DNA from: an uncultured Verrucomicrobiae bacterium
GTDB lineage: Bacteria > Verrucomicrobiota > Verrucomicrobiia > Chthoniobacterales > UBA10450
Assembly: GCA_963726745.1 (NCBI GenBank)
Contig: CAVSDR010000006.1
Location: 544,001 to 608,000, forward strand
DNA: 64,000 nucleotides
Reading direction: 5' to 3'
Position numbers and translations under genes: made by a program. Positions within the stretch are counted from its first letter, which is position 1, and every line of letters starts with the position of its first letter. This document shows, piece after piece, positions 9,927 to 20,488 of this stretch. The notes below the pieces were generated by a model, which was not told where the DNA came from, searched no databases, and saw only the letters and a list, made by a program, of their open reading frames with translations.

Positions 9927-11753
9927 CTAGGGCACCGGAGCCGGCTTCTCGCTCTTGCTCATGGTCGTGCGGGTGCTGTGGATCTTCTCGGCCAGCGCCT
10001 TGTTTCCCGGGTCGAGCGCGCTCGCTTTTTGCCAATATTCCAGCGCCTGCGGGATGCGATTCATTTTCGCATAAGTGTCGCCGATGTGCTCGAAGACCAC
10101 CGGATCGTCGTGCGAGATCGTCTGGGCCGCGCGCTGGAGATCGCGCAGCGCGTCCTCGTATTTCCCCTGGCGATACGAGAGCCAACCGCGGCTATCCAGA
10201 TAGGCACCGTTATCGGGATCGAGCTCGAGCGCTTTCCCGATCATTTCCGCGGCCTCGTCGAGACGCATGTTTTTATCCGCCCACATGAAGCCGAGATAGT
10301 TGTAAGCCTCGGCCGCTTTCGCCGGATCGAGCGCGATCGATTGGTGGAAAAGCTCCGCCGCTTTGTCGTAAAGCCCGGCCTGCTCCGCCGCCGCGCCGTA
10401 GTCGAAGTAGAAGCGCGCGTTCAGCATCTCGCCGGTGGCGGGCCCGGCCTCCTGGAGCGCTTCCTCGAAGGTGACCACGGCCTGCGCGGCGTGTTTCGCT
10501 TCGCGTTGCGCGATCGCGAGGAAGTAGCTGAACTCCGGCGATTGCGCGAAGCGTGCCCGCGCCTCGGTGAGGATGCGCTCGGCGCGCGCGGGATCGCGCA
10601 GCGGACTGATGAGCAACTCGGCCAGGCGCAGGTAGGTCTGGCCGCGGTTCGGATTGATCAGGAGACATTGCTCATAATTAGCCGCCGCTTTGGCGAATTC
10701 CGCCCGCGCTTCCTCGGTCTTCTTGGCGCGGAGGAGCGCGCGGCCTTCCTCGTCCTGAAGCTGCGCGAGCAATTCATAAGGCTGATATTTCTCCGGCGTT
10801 TCGGCGATGATTTGGCCGAGAAGCTCGATCGCTTTCGCGCGCTGGTTTGTGGCCGCGAAGCTGCTGGCTAATTTCTCCCGCACCTGCTGGTCGTCCGGCT
10901 GGAGCTCAAGCACGCGCAGGTAAAGCGGGATCGCCAAGGGAATTTGCTGCGAGGCGGCGTAGAAATCGGCCACCTCTTTGAGGATCGCCGGATCGTCGCC
11001 CGCGTGCTCGCTCGCGCGCTTGAAGATGGCGTCGACCCGCGAGAGGGCGGCGGGCGACTCCCCGGCTTCCGGCACGAGCAAGGTGGAGGCGAAGAGTTTG
11101 CCGAGCCGCGTCCAGAAGGTGGGGTTCGTGCTCGAAACCCGCGCAGCCCGCTCGAGCGTCTCCATCGCTTTCTCCGGATGGCCGCGGCCAAGCTCGATCT
11201 CGTAGATGCGCTGGTAGGCGTCGATATTTTCGGGGTCGAGCGCGAGCGCCTGGTTGGCGTACTTCAGCGCCGGCTCCGGCTTTCCAAGATAGCGGGCGTA
11301 GATGAAGGCAAGCTGGAGGAAAGGCGTGGTCTCGCGGCCGTTGGCCTTGATCGCATCGCGCAGGATATCGATCGCCAGCGGGAACTCCTCCTGCCGCACA
11401 AGGAGCGAAGCGACCCGCGAAGCGAGCTCGATCTCGCCCGGATCGACCGTGAGCACTTTCTGGTATTTCTCGAGCGCGTCCTCGACTTCCCCCGCTTCCT
11501 CGAGGCGCGCGCCCTCGACAAAATTAGCCAGCGCGTCGGCCTTGCGAATCGCGGCGGGCGCCAGCGCAAGGTCGGCCGCCGGCGGGAGCCGCAGGGAATC
11601 GTCGAGCTTTCCGCGCGCTCCCGGCAGCGACCGCACGGGCGCGGCGACCTGCTCCTTCGCCGGGCGCGACGGCCGGGCCTCGGCCATTCCGCCGAGCCCG
11701 AAAACGAGGGCCGCCGGAAGGAGAAACTGGACCGCGCGCGCGAGCCGATGCAT
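9927..11753 (-). CDS. Secreted tetratricopeptide repeat protein
   Basis: Signal peptide; several TPRs; AYNYLGFMWAD...LDPDNGAYLDSRGW signature. Confidence 0.85.
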   Translation of the reverse strand: MHRLARAVQFLLPAALVFGLGGMAEARPSRPAKEQVAAPVRSLPGARGKLDDSLRLPPAADLALAPAAIRKADALANFVEGARLEEAGEVEDALEKYQKVLTVDPGEIELASRVASLLVRQEEFPLAIDILRDAIKANGRETTPFLQLAFIYARYLGKPEPALKYANQALALDPENIDAYQRIYEIELGRGHPEKAMETLERAARVSSTNPTFWTRLGKLFASTLLVPEAGESPAALSRVDAIFKRASEHAGDDPAILKEVADFYAASQQIPLAIPLYLRVLELQPDDQQVREKLASSFAATNQRAKAIELLGQIIAETPEKYQPYELLAQLQDEEGRALLRAKKTEEARAEFAKAAANYEQCLLINPNRGQTYLRLAELLISPLRDPARAERILTEARARFAQSPEFSYFLAIAQREAKHAAQAVVTFEEALQEAGPATGEMLNARFYFDYGAAAEQAGLYDKAAELFHQSIALDPAKAAEAYNYLGFMWADKNMRLDEAAEMIGKALELDPDNGAYLDSRGWLSYRQGKYEDALRDLQRAAQTISHDDPVVFEHIGDTYAKMNRIPQALEYWQKASALDPGNKALAEKIHSTRTTMSKSEKPAPVP

Positions 11754-11821
11754 TACCGCGAGTGTAACGGAGCGGTTCTCGGGGCGCAATGACCGTGGGC
11801 GCCAGCGAAGGGGAAACGTCC

Positions 11822-11926
11822 CTACGACTTGTAGCGGAGACGCTTCTTGTGGCGATTCTCCTTCATGCGCTTGCGGCGCTTGTGCTTGGAGATTTTCGCT
11901 TTACGACGTTTCTTCAGGGAGCCCAT
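11822..11926 (-). CDS. Small basic AURKAIP1/COX24-domain (bS22-like) protein, 34 aa
   Basis: Hand translation: MGSLKKRRKAKISKHKRRKRMKENRHKKRLRYKS*; below the ORF-track length cutoff. Confidence 0.8.
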   Translation of the reverse strand: MGSLKKRRKAKISKHKRRKRMKENRHKKRLRYKS

Positions 11927-12012
11927 GGGTAGTGATCAGCCGGTCGGTTAACCGGGCCGCAATGCAAGCATCGGTTGGGAGGCTCCGCAACTGACTTCTT
12001 CAAGCTTGCTGG

Positions 12013-12492
12013 CTAAAGCGCGAGCGCTTTTCGGAGCAGGTCGACATGCTCTTCCGGCTTCACTTTGCGGAAGACCTCGGCGATCCGGCCCGCGTCATCG
12101 ATCACGAAGGTGCTCCGCTCCGCGCCCATGTATTTCTTGCCATACATGCTTTTCTCCACCCAAACGCCGTAAGCCTCCACGAGCGCGTGTTCCGGATCGG
12201 CCAGCAGCGGGAACGGAAGCGCGTGCTTGCCGATGAACTTCTCGTGGCTTGCGACCGAATCCGGGCTGACGCCGAAAAGCTCGGCCGCACCGTCGAGCTC
12301 GCCCCAGTGATCGCGCAGGCTGCAGGCCTGCACGGTGCAGCCGGGCGTGTCGTCCTTCGGATAAAAATAGAGCACCACCCGGCGCCCGCGGAAGTCGCCT
12401 AACGAGACTTCTTTGCCGGCGCCGTATTTCCCGCCGACGGCGGTCGCGCGGAACGGGGGCGCGGCATCCCCGGCTTTCAGTTCAGTGGCCAT
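12013..12492 (-). CDS. bcp: Peroxiredoxin Q/BCP (thioredoxin-dependent thiol peroxidase)
   Basis: VVLYFYPKDDTPGCTVQAC, YGVWVEKSMYGKKYMG.ERSTF. Confidence 0.93.
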   Translation of the reverse strand: MATELKAGDAAPPFRATAVGGKYGAGKEVSLGDFRGRRVVLYFYPKDDTPGCTVQACSLRDHWGELDGAAELFGVSPDSVASHEKFIGKHALPFPLLADPEHALVEAYGVWVEKSMYGKKYMGAERSTFVIDDAGRIAEVFRKVKPEEHVDLLRKALAL

Positions 12493-12504
12493 GTCCCCCG
12501 ACGA

Positions 12505-13210
12505 TCAGGTCTCCAGGAAGATAATCAAGACGCCCACCGTGCAGAGGAGCGCGCCGATGAGGCCGCTCTCGTATTTTTCGAGCACGCGAAGCTTGATCCG
12601 CTTGACGCCGTTGAGCGTGAGCCAGGTAAACAGCACCATCCCCGCGACCGTGCCGACGGAAAGGATCACCGTGAGGAGCGCGAAACCAAGCCAGCCATAT
12701 TGCACCCCCGAGGCATAGATCGGGAGAAACGCCTCGCACGGCGAAAAGGTCAAAAGAGCCAGCAGGCTGGTGATGGCCACCCGGTCCGAAGCCGCCGCCG
12801 GCGCGTGTGTGTGCTCTGCTGGATGTTCGTGCTCGTGCTCGTGCGTGCTCGCCATGGGAATGCGCATGCCCGCAAAACAGATGGTGGTGCGCATGTCCCC
12901 GGCCTGTGAGCTGCCGGTAAAGGTAAAACCCGCCCAAGACCAGAAGCGCGCCCCCGGCAATCCACGGGAACCACGCGCCCACGCGATGCGTCAGGGCGAT
13001 TCCGAAAAACGCGATCAGGAACCCAAGCAGCGCGGTAAAGATGACATGCCCGGAACCGGCGAGCGCGGTGACCGCGAGCGTCTTCGAGTGGCTCCAATTC
13101 TGCGCCCGTGCCGCGAGCACAAAGGGCAGCCAATGCGTCGGGATGGCCGCATGAAAGAAGGCCACCCCAAACCCAGTCAGCGCAATGGTCGTGAGGACGG
13201 CGTGGTTCAT
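12505..13210 (-). CDS. His-rich membrane protein, putative Ni/Co transporter; frameshift near 12855
   Basis: FFHAAIPTHWLPF, HAHHH..HAHSHGEH..EHEHEH loop, FSPCE motif, split over two frames. Confidence 0.65.
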
Positions 13211-13274
13211 CGGCCCGTGCCCTTAATCGCAAACGCGCCCGGAATCGAGCGGGCACCGCGAAAAAAGAATCTCA

Positions 13275-13348
13275 TCGGGCTGGCGGGATTCGAACCCGCG
13301 GCCTCTTCGTCCCGAACGAAGCGCTCTACCAAGCTGAGCCACAGCCCG
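13275..13348 (-). tRNA. tRNA-Pro (CGG); CCA not encoded
   Basis: Reverse complement CGGGCTG acceptor stem, anticodon arm CTTCG-TTCGGGA-CGAAG, T-loop GGTTCGAATCC. Confidence 0.95.
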
Positions 13349-13622
13349 TGATGATTCGCCGGAAGGCTCCGGCGAGCCATTACTTCGCATAAAGGGTGGC
13401 GCTGGCAAGCCGTTAAAAGCGCCTGCTCGGTGCGCCGCTGCCGCCTTGGTGGGCTAACAAACCGGTTGACAGTCCCCAGCCGCGCCCGCAAGGTCACCGT
13501 TCGTTTTTTCCACCCAATAAATGCTCGCCTCAAAGTCAGTCCCAGTGGGTGTTTCCGGCGATTCACCCACGATCGTCCAGTTCCCGATGGAAGGCGCGCG
13601 CGCGCCCCGTTCCCTACGCAAT

Positions 13623-13844
13623 ATGACCGCACAACTCCTCCAGGAAGCCGCTACCGTGATCCCGAATCAGCAGTTGCTGATCAACGTCGTTTCCAAACGT
13701 GTGCGTCAACTCGGGCTGGGACATCGCCCGTTGGTCGAGGCGACCCCGCGCGCCTCGCTCACCGACATCGCGCTCAAGGAAATCATTGCCGGCAAGCTCA
13801 CCTTTGAATTGATCGCGGACGACGTCGAGCCGGCCGCGGCCTGA
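13623..13844 (+). CDS. rpoZ: RNA polymerase omega subunit
   Basis: LLINVVSKRVRQL...DIALKEIIAGKL; 73 aa. Confidence 0.85.
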   Translation: MTAQLLQEAATVIPNQQLLINVVSKRVRQLGLGHRPLVEATPRASLTDIALKEIIAGKLTFELIADDVEPAAA

Positions 13845-13896
13845 TTCCTCCCGAGCGCGCAGCCTCCCGGTCCCGCGGCTGGCGCTCCCCCGGGCC

Positions 13897-14358
13897 ATGG
13901 CGGCGGAAACCATTCTCAATCGCAAAGCGCTGCGCGATTTTCACATCCTCGACCGCTTCGAGGCGGGCGTGGAATTGAAGGGCAGCGAGGTGAAGTCGAT
14001 CCGCGCCGGGAAGGCGAACATCGGCGACGCCTTCGCCAAGATCGAGAAGGGCCAGGCCTTTCTCTACAACGCCGACATCCAGCCCTACGCGCAGGCCAGC
14101 ATCGAGGTGCCGCCGTCGAAACGCGTGCGCCGCCTCCTCCTCCATCGCCAGGAGATCGACAAGCTCTACGGCGAAACCGCCGTCGCCGGCCGCACCCTGG
14201 TGGTCCTGAAGCTTTACTGGAAAGGCGGCCGGATCAAAGCCGAGATCGGCGTTGCCACCGGCAAAGTGGCGCATGACAAACGCGCCGACCTGAAGAAGCG
14301 CGCGACCGATCGCGAGACGGAGCGCGAAGTCTCGCGTTTCAATCGTCGGCACGGCTGA
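13897..14358 (+). CDS. smpB: SsrA-binding protein
   Basis: NRKALRDFHILDRFEAGVELKGSEVKSIR, LLLHRQEI, GKVAHDKR. Confidence 0.97.
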   Translation: MAAETILNRKALRDFHILDRFEAGVELKGSEVKSIRAGKANIGDAFAKIEKGQAFLYNADIQPYAQASIEVPPSKRVRRLLLHRQEIDKLYGETAVAGRTLVVLKLYWKGGRIKAEIGVATGKVAHDKRADLKKRATDRETEREVSRFNRRHG

Positions 14359-14408
14359 GGTTTTTCGCCCGTTCCGCGCGACGCCGCGCGTGCTAGCTTC
14401 CCCGCGAA

Positions 14409-15637
14409 ATGCCGCGCGCCCGTTCCCCGCTCCTGGTTCTCTTCCTCACCGTCTTCATCGATATGGTGGGCTTCGGCATCATCATCCCGGTGCTGCCGCT
14501 TTACGCGCTGCACTTCCATGCCTCGCCCATGACCATTGGGTGGCTCACCGGCATTTACTCCGGGATGCAGATCATCTTCACGCCCATTCTCGGGCAATTA
14601 TCCGACCGCTTCGGCCGGCGACCCGTGCTCATGATCAGCCTTTTCGGGACCGCGATCGGCTTCGTCCTCATGGGGCTGGCGCACACCGTTTTCCTGCTTT
14701 TCGTGGCGCGGATCATCGCCGGCATCACCGGCGGCAATATCTCCATCCCGCAGGCTTACATCGCCGATGTCACTACGCCGGAGACTCGCTCGAAACACAT
14801 GGGCATGCTCGGCGCCGCCTTCGGCCTCGGCTTCACTTTCGGTCCGATGATTGGTGGAACTCTCAGCCGCGTTTCTTATTCGGCGCCGTTCTACTTCGCC
14901 GCCGGCCTGGCCTTCTTCAACGTCGTCCTGCTTTACTTCATCCTCCCGGAGAGCCTCGCGAAGGAGCACCGCGCGCAGCCGCATGCGCGCGCCTCGATCC
15001 TGGAAGTCTTCCGCCATGGCAAGGGCGCCGCTCTTCGGCATGGTCGTCGCGACCTACTTCTTCCTCGTGGTCGGCTTTGCGATCATGACCACGCTTTTCG
15101 CGCTCTTCACCGAGCGCCGTTTCGGCTACGACGCGCGGGCCAACGGCTACCTCTTCGGCTTCATCGGCATCGCCACCGTCATCGTCCAGGGCGGGCTCAT
15201 CGGGCGATTGGTCAAGCGCTACGGCGAGCGGAATCTGGCGCGCGCGGGCCTCCTCTTCACCGCCGGCTCGCTCGCGCTGCTCCCTTTCTGCCACACCCTT
15301 CCGCTCCTGCTCGTCGCCTGCCTCGGCCTCTCGTTAGGCACCGGCCTGGCCAGTCCGCCGCTCAACGGTCTCGCCTCGCAAATGATCGACCAGAGCTGGC
15401 AGGGCCGCGCCCTCGGCGTGATGCAATCTGCCGGGAGCGTCGCCCGCCTGCTCGGCCCGCTCCTCGGCGGCAGCCTGCTCATGCTCGACCTCCATCGGCC
15501 GATCGCCGATTACGGCCGCACGCCCATTCCTGGTCGCTTCCGTCCTGTGCCTCATCGGTGCCGCGCTCGCTTTCTCGATCAAGAAACCGCGCGCCGACGC
15601 CATGCCCGAGACCATTCCCGTCGGCTCGACCGTGTAA
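14409..15637 (+). CDS. MFS transporter, TetA/DHA1-like; frameshifts near 15030 and 15525
   Basis: FIDMVGFGIIIPVLP, GQLSDRFGRRPV, AYIADVT, GFTFGPMIGG; continues in two further frames to TAA at 15635-15637. Confidence 0.85.
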
Positions 15638-15641
15638 AACG

Positions 15642-16181
15642 ATGCGGCTTTTCGCGGCGCTCGACCTGCCCGGGGAAATTAGCCGGCAACTTGGCGCCCT
15701 CGATCCTCACCTCCCGGGCGTTCGCTGGACCCGCCCGGAGCAGTTCCACCTCACCCTCGGCTTCTTCGGCAACGTCTCGTTAGCGCAACAGACTGCGCTT
15801 CAGGAACGCCTCGCAGCGCTCCGTTTCACCGCGTTCTTCCTCCCGCTTCAGGGCGTCGGCACTTTCCCGGCGAAAGGCGCACCGCGGATCGTCTGGCTCG
15901 GCGTTGGCTCCGGGCACCCGCAACTTTTCCACCTCCACCGGAAAGTGCAGGACGCCGCCCTCGGCGCCGGGCTCGAGGCTGACCTCCGGCCCTGGCATCC
16001 ACATCTAACGCTCGCTCGCTGCGGCGACGTTTCGGCGCGAGCACTCCAGCCGTTCCTGAAGAAACACGCCGCGCTCGATGCCGGGCTCATCCGCGTGGAA
16101 TCGTTCTGCCTCTATTCCAGCATCCCAGGGCCGCTCGGGTCGGCTTACACCCGCGAGCTCGCCGTCCCGGCCACTCGTTAG
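15642..16181 (+). CDS. thpR: RNA 2',3'-cyclic phosphodiesterase (2'-5' RNA ligase family)
   Basis: MRLFAALDLP, two HLTL motifs (QFHLTLGFFG, WHPHLTLAR). Confidence 0.9.
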   Translation: MRLFAALDLPGEISRQLGALDPHLPGVRWTRPEQFHLTLGFFGNVSLAQQTALQERLAALRFTAFFLPLQGVGTFPAKGAPRIVWLGVGSGHPQLFHLHRKVQDAALGAGLEADLRPWHPHLTLARCGDVSARALQPFLKKHAALDAGLIRVESFCLYSSIPGPLGSAYTRELAVPATR

Positions 16182-17489
16182 GCCGCGATCGCCGTCGGCA
16201 CCAGAATCGCGTCGCGCATTCCGTGCAGCAGCTTTTTATCGGCCGGCACGATTGTGGCCAGCGCCCCGCGCAGCTTCGCTTTCCCTGCTTCCACGAAGTA
16301 ATACGGGCAAAGCCGCACGCGGCCGCGCATCGTCTGGAGCTCGTCGGAATCGTGCGGCCAATACGGCTGCTCGACCAGCCGCGCCTTGTGAAAGCGCTGC
16401 ATAATTTTCGGCCCTTGCGTGAAAGTTGCGAGCGCTTCCGCGATTCGTTCCTGCCATTCTGATTGCGGCAAATCCTGCCCCACCCAGACCCCGCGGCTGC
16501 CCCAACCGAGCGGCGAAAATCCGCTCACCTTCAGAAGCAGCTCGCGCTCTTTCTGGCTCAGTTTGCCGGCCTCGCGCCAATCGTGAATCTCCAGTCGAGG
16601 AATCACCGCATGCTGCGGCAGCGGCGTCGGGTCCATCAGCCAGGTGTAGGGGATGACTGCCTGCAGCTGGGTGAAATATTTGTCGCCCAGTTCACGCCGC
16701 CAAAACTCGCGTAGCGGCTGCAGCCAAAAGAGCGCAAACCACATCTTCTCCTCGAGGTAAGGCTTCATCGGCGGCGTGACCTGGACCGCGCCCTCCGCCG
16801 CCGCCTGCATCAGCTCGGCCACGCGCGGCAGGTTCGGCAGGTCGAACATTTCGAAAAAGCGGTAAACCTTGCGTCCTGCGACTGGCTGGTAAGTCTCGGC
16901 GGCTTCCACCCGCCACTCGTTAGGCGCGTGGCGCTGGTTGAGCTGCGCCGCCACCCAACTCATCTCGGGACGGTAAGTGCCAGCCTCCTCCGAAACGAGA
17001 ATGTCGCCTCCTTCCGGAAGCAGCGAGCGAAAGCCATCGAGCATTTCCTCGCGGCCTCCGATGACGTCCGCCCCTAACGAGGCGTAAGTCTGGTTTAACC
17101 AAGCAGTCAGGCCGATCCCGCCCGGCACCGAGTCGATCTCCGCAAGGGTGATTCCCTCTTCGGTCAGGATGACATCCGGCCGGATGACGTGCGGCAGTTC
17201 GTCGCGAAAAATTTTGGCGCGCGCAAACTCGACCAGCTCCGGCGGCTTGCCCGCGTCGAGGTATTGCGCCACCCAGGCCGGCTGCTTGCCTTTGACGCTC
17301 TGCTGGTAAAGCAAATTACCCGCGCGCTGGAAAACGTAGAGCTGATGACCCAGGCGCTCCAGAGTGCTGGCAAATTTCGCGTCGATCGCAAAAGGCTCCG
17401 GCGAAAGGAGCCAGTCCTTTTCCGCAAACAGACCGGCCGTGGGAAAAGCGGCGCGCAGAGCGGCGAGGCGAGTCGGTCGCGGCGGACAT
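16178..17489 (-). CDS. Conserved hypothetical protein, circularly permuted ATP-grasp-like; frameshift near the start (~17470)
   Basis: Frame stays open upstream of 17314 to ~17470; ATG at 17489 is in the adjacent frame; RPDVIL...AEIDSVPGGIG and LLKVSG...WGSRGV motifs. Confidence 0.6.
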
Positions 17490-17544
17490 CAGGATGGGAA
17501 CGTCGAATGTCCGACGCCTTCCGTCCAACGCTTCAACCACACGC

Positions 17545-18159
17545 TCACCGGCCCGCGGCGATCCGCTTCAACGCCTGCTTGACCAACTCCTCCGCGGTGG
17601 TGATCTCCGGCTGCCGTTCCTGCAAATCGCGCACGGTCTTGTGCGCATCGACCTGCTTGTAGCCCAGCGCAATCAAGGCAAGCACCGCTTCGTTCGCCTG
17701 CGATTCCTCCGCGCTGGGCGCGTGCGCCGCGCTGGCCGCTTCCCAAACGGCGGAGACGCCAAGTTTATCCTTCAACTCGAGCACGATTCGCTCCGCCGTT
17801 TTCTTGCCCAGGCCACTGATCTTCGAAAGCGAAGCGACGTCGTTATTCACCACCGCGCTCTTGAAACTGCCGACGCTCATCCCGCTGAGGACGGCGAGCG
17901 CGAGCTTCGGACCCACGCCGCTGACGTGATTCACCAGCAGGCGAAAAAGATCGCGCTCAGCCGGGCTCATGAAGCCGAAGAGCACGTGCGCATCCTCGCG
18001 CACGTGCAGGTGAGTAAGGATCTGGAGCGGCTGGCCGACCGCCGGAAGCCGGTCGTAACTCGAGAGCGGAATCAACAACTCGTAACCGACGCCGTGGACC
18101 TCGACGATGGCCTGCGTGGGCAACGCAGCGTGCAAGGTTCCGGCGAGGAAAGTGATCAT
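17545..18159 (-). CDS. ruvA: Holliday junction branch migration protein RuvA
   Basis: MITFLAGTL, VHGVGYEL, HVREDAHVLFGF, SGVGPKLA, GLGKKTAERIVLELKDK. Confidence 0.97.
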   Translation of the reverse strand: MITFLAGTLHAALPTQAIVEVHGVGYELLIPLSSYDRLPAVGQPLQILTHLHVREDAHVLFGFMSPAERDLFRLLVNHVSGVGPKLALAVLSGMSVGSFKSAVVNNDVASLSKISGLGKKTAERIVLELKDKLGVSAVWEAASAAHAPSAEESQANEAVLALIALGYKQVDAHKTVRDLQERQPEITTAEELVKQALKRIAAGR

Positions 18160-18174
18160 GCGGCTACAACCTGC

Positions 18175-19624
18175 TCAGGAAGATTTCAGGAGCAATGTGA
18201 GATCAATCGGACGGCCCCGGACGATCGCCAGCCCCTGGGTGCGGAAGCTCTTCCAGCCGGCCGGCAGTGTGGGGTAAAGCGTCTCCGCCAGAGGCGTGGG
18301 CACGACCATGAAACGCGCCCCCGGCCGGGCCATGAAGTCCCCGGCGTTGGTCTCATCGAGATCCTCCATGAAGCCGTCGACTTTCCCGCGAAAATACCAG
18401 ACCAGGCTGGGCTCGCGGAAGCGGACCGCGCCAAACTCCATCTCGCGGCGGAGATCGCCGCGCGCGGCCTGGAAAAGATGCCAGGAAGGAAAATAGGGCG
18501 CGAGGAAGAGCGAGGCCGTCGCCGCCACCACGACCAGCCCCGCCATGCCGATGGCGGTGCGGCGCGCGCTGCGCAACGCCGCAGGCTGGTGCTCCAGCGC
18601 CCGCGCCAGCAGGAGCGCGAGCAGCGGAAAAGCTGGCAGGGTGTAATGCGGCAGCTTCGTCTTCACGAGGGTGAACACGACAAAAATGACGCCGGCGCCG
18701 GCGAGCAGGTAGGTGTCGACTGGCGCTCGTTCTTTCCAGAGCCGGCGGAGCAGCCAGGGAAGCGCGAAGGCCCACGGGAAGAAGGCCCAGAAGACGGTCA
18801 CAAAGTAAAACGGCAGGCTCGCGAGATAGCCCCAGATCGAGCCGCTCCCGTGGCCTTCCATGGCCACGAGCGAACGCCCGACGACATGCTTGCCGAGGCC
18901 CACGCGGAGGAACTCGCCATCCGTCCGCAGAAGCGCGGGCACACCCCAAAGGGCGACGACGGCGACAGTCAAAGCCAGGCCGGCGAGGAAGTGAAAGCGC
19001 TGTCTAAACTCGAGGTCGCGCTCGGCAAAACTTTAGCGCCACAAGGGTGAGCAACGGCGCCCAACCGATCGGGCCCTTGGCCAGGAAGGCGCCGGCTAAC
19101 GAGAGGTAAAAGACCCACCACCAAACGCGCGCCGGCGGTGTTTTCTCCCTCGTTAGGCGATCCCGCAGGAGCTCGTAGCCGGCCCAGTGCGCCGCGGTTA
19201 CAAAAAGAACCAGCCACATGTCAGCCACGGCCGCGCGCGCATGCACGATCGCTTGCAGGCAGGTGGTAAAGATGATCGCCGCCCACCAGGCGACACGCTC
19301 ACTCCCGAGCCGCCGGCCCCACGCGAAAAGCAACAGCGCGGTGGCCGCGGCCGCGAGCGCCGAGGGCAGGCGGGCGGCAAAGTCGTTCACCCCGAGGAGG
19401 CGATAGCTCGCGACTTGAAACCAGTAAGTCAGCGGCGGCTTGTCGAAGCGGTAGCTGTTATTGAAATATGGCACCACGTAGTCGCCGCGCTGGAGCATTT
19501 CGCGGGAGGCCTCGGCGAAGCGCGGCTCGTCCCGGTCGATCAACGGCAGCGTCCACGAGCCGCCGAGCTGGAAGAGCAGCGCGAGCACGAAAACCAGGGC
19601 GAATTTGCGGTTTGCAGGTTGCAA
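18175..19624 (-). CDS. ArnT/PMT-family (GT39/GT83-like) glycosyltransferase; frameshift near 19030
   Basis: LIDRDEPRFAEASREM, FDKPPLTYW, LAKGPIG, KTKLPHYTLPAFP; start uncertain. Confidence 0.85.
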
Positions 19625-19674
19625 GGGCGGAAAAGAAACTAGATGAGCGTGAAAGAGAAACTGGAATCTGCCTC

Positions 19675-20307
19675 GTGAAAGAGTCGCATCGTCTGCTTCG
19701 CTGGCTGTTTTGGCTAGTGCCAGCTGCGCTTCTGCTCGCGGGTGCTTTTTCGCTCGATGCGGCCGCACAGGCCTGGATGGCCCGCCACACCACGCCAGCA
19801 GGATTGCATTTCATGGCGCAGGTGAGCCGGTGGGGCGATTGGCCGGGGCTGATTGCGCTGGGATTAGCCGGCGCGCTCATCGCTTACGCGCTGGGCAATC
19901 GCCGCTGGCTGATGATCTGCGCCGCCATGATCATCGCCTGCGCCTTGGCTGGGTTGGTCAATCGCGTGATCAAGGTGAGCACCGGACGCGCGCGCCCGAG
20001 CGTGACCGTGGACGCGGGGTGGAATGGCCCGCGCTGGAATTCGAAATATCACGCCTTCCCCTCCGGACACACCGCCTCGGCGGTGGCGTTTTTCGTCACT
20101 CTCCTGCTGGCGCGTCGGCGGGTGGGATTGATCGTTTTGCCGGTGGCGTTCCTGATTGCCGCCTCGCGGATTTACCTGCGGGCGCATTTCCTGTCCGATG
20201 TCACCGCCGGAGCGCTGGTGGGCGCATTGTGCGCCGTCGTCACCTGGCGGGTGATCTCCGCGAACATGCTCGATACCCGGCCGCATCGACGCGCGCTGGT
20301 CGAGTGA
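19675..20307 (+). CDS. PAP2 family phosphatase
   Basis: KVSTGRARP, FPSGHT, SRIYLRAHFLSDV motifs. Confidence 0.9.
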   Translation: MKESHRLLRWLFWLVPAALLLAGAFSLDAAAQAWMARHTTPAGLHFMAQVSRWGDWPGLIALGLAGALIAYALGNRRWLMICAAMIIACALAGLVNRVIKVSTGRARPSVTVDAGWNGPRWNSKYHAFPSGHTASAVAFFVTLLLARRRVGLIVLPVAFLIAASRIYLRAHFLSDVTAGALVGALCAVVTWRVISANMLDTRPHRRALVE

Positions 20308-20346
20308 AACTGCGCGGTCCCGCAGCGGAGCCACCGCGGAGAGGTT

Positions 20347-20434
20347 TGGCGGAGGGGGTGGGATTCGAACCCACGAGGGCTTGCGCCCTGCCGGTTTTCA
20401 AGACCGGAGCCATCAACCACTCGACCACCCCTCC
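20347..20434 (-). tRNA. tRNA-Ser (TGA), CCA encoded
   Basis: Reverse complement GGAGGGG acceptor stem, CCGGT-CTTGAAA-ACCGG anticodon arm, long variable arm, GGTTCGAATCC, ends GCCA. Confidence 0.96.
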
Positions 20435-20488
20435 AGCGCGGCTAGAGTCTGGCATCCGCGATTCAATCAGCAAGTCCTTGCCGCTCCC

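Noticed and set aside
13466..13495. TTGACA as the -35 element of an rpoZ promoter
   Set aside because: No convincing -10 hexamer at 16-18 bp spacing.
14409..16181. Apparent 590-aa MFS-ThpR fusion in the ORF track
   Set aside because: It results from two frameshifts; the MFS ends at TAA 15637 and thpR has its own ATG at 15642.
20347..20434. tRNA-Ser or tRNA-Pro as an island integration site
   Set aside because: I found no duplicated tRNA 3' end and no integrase in the window.
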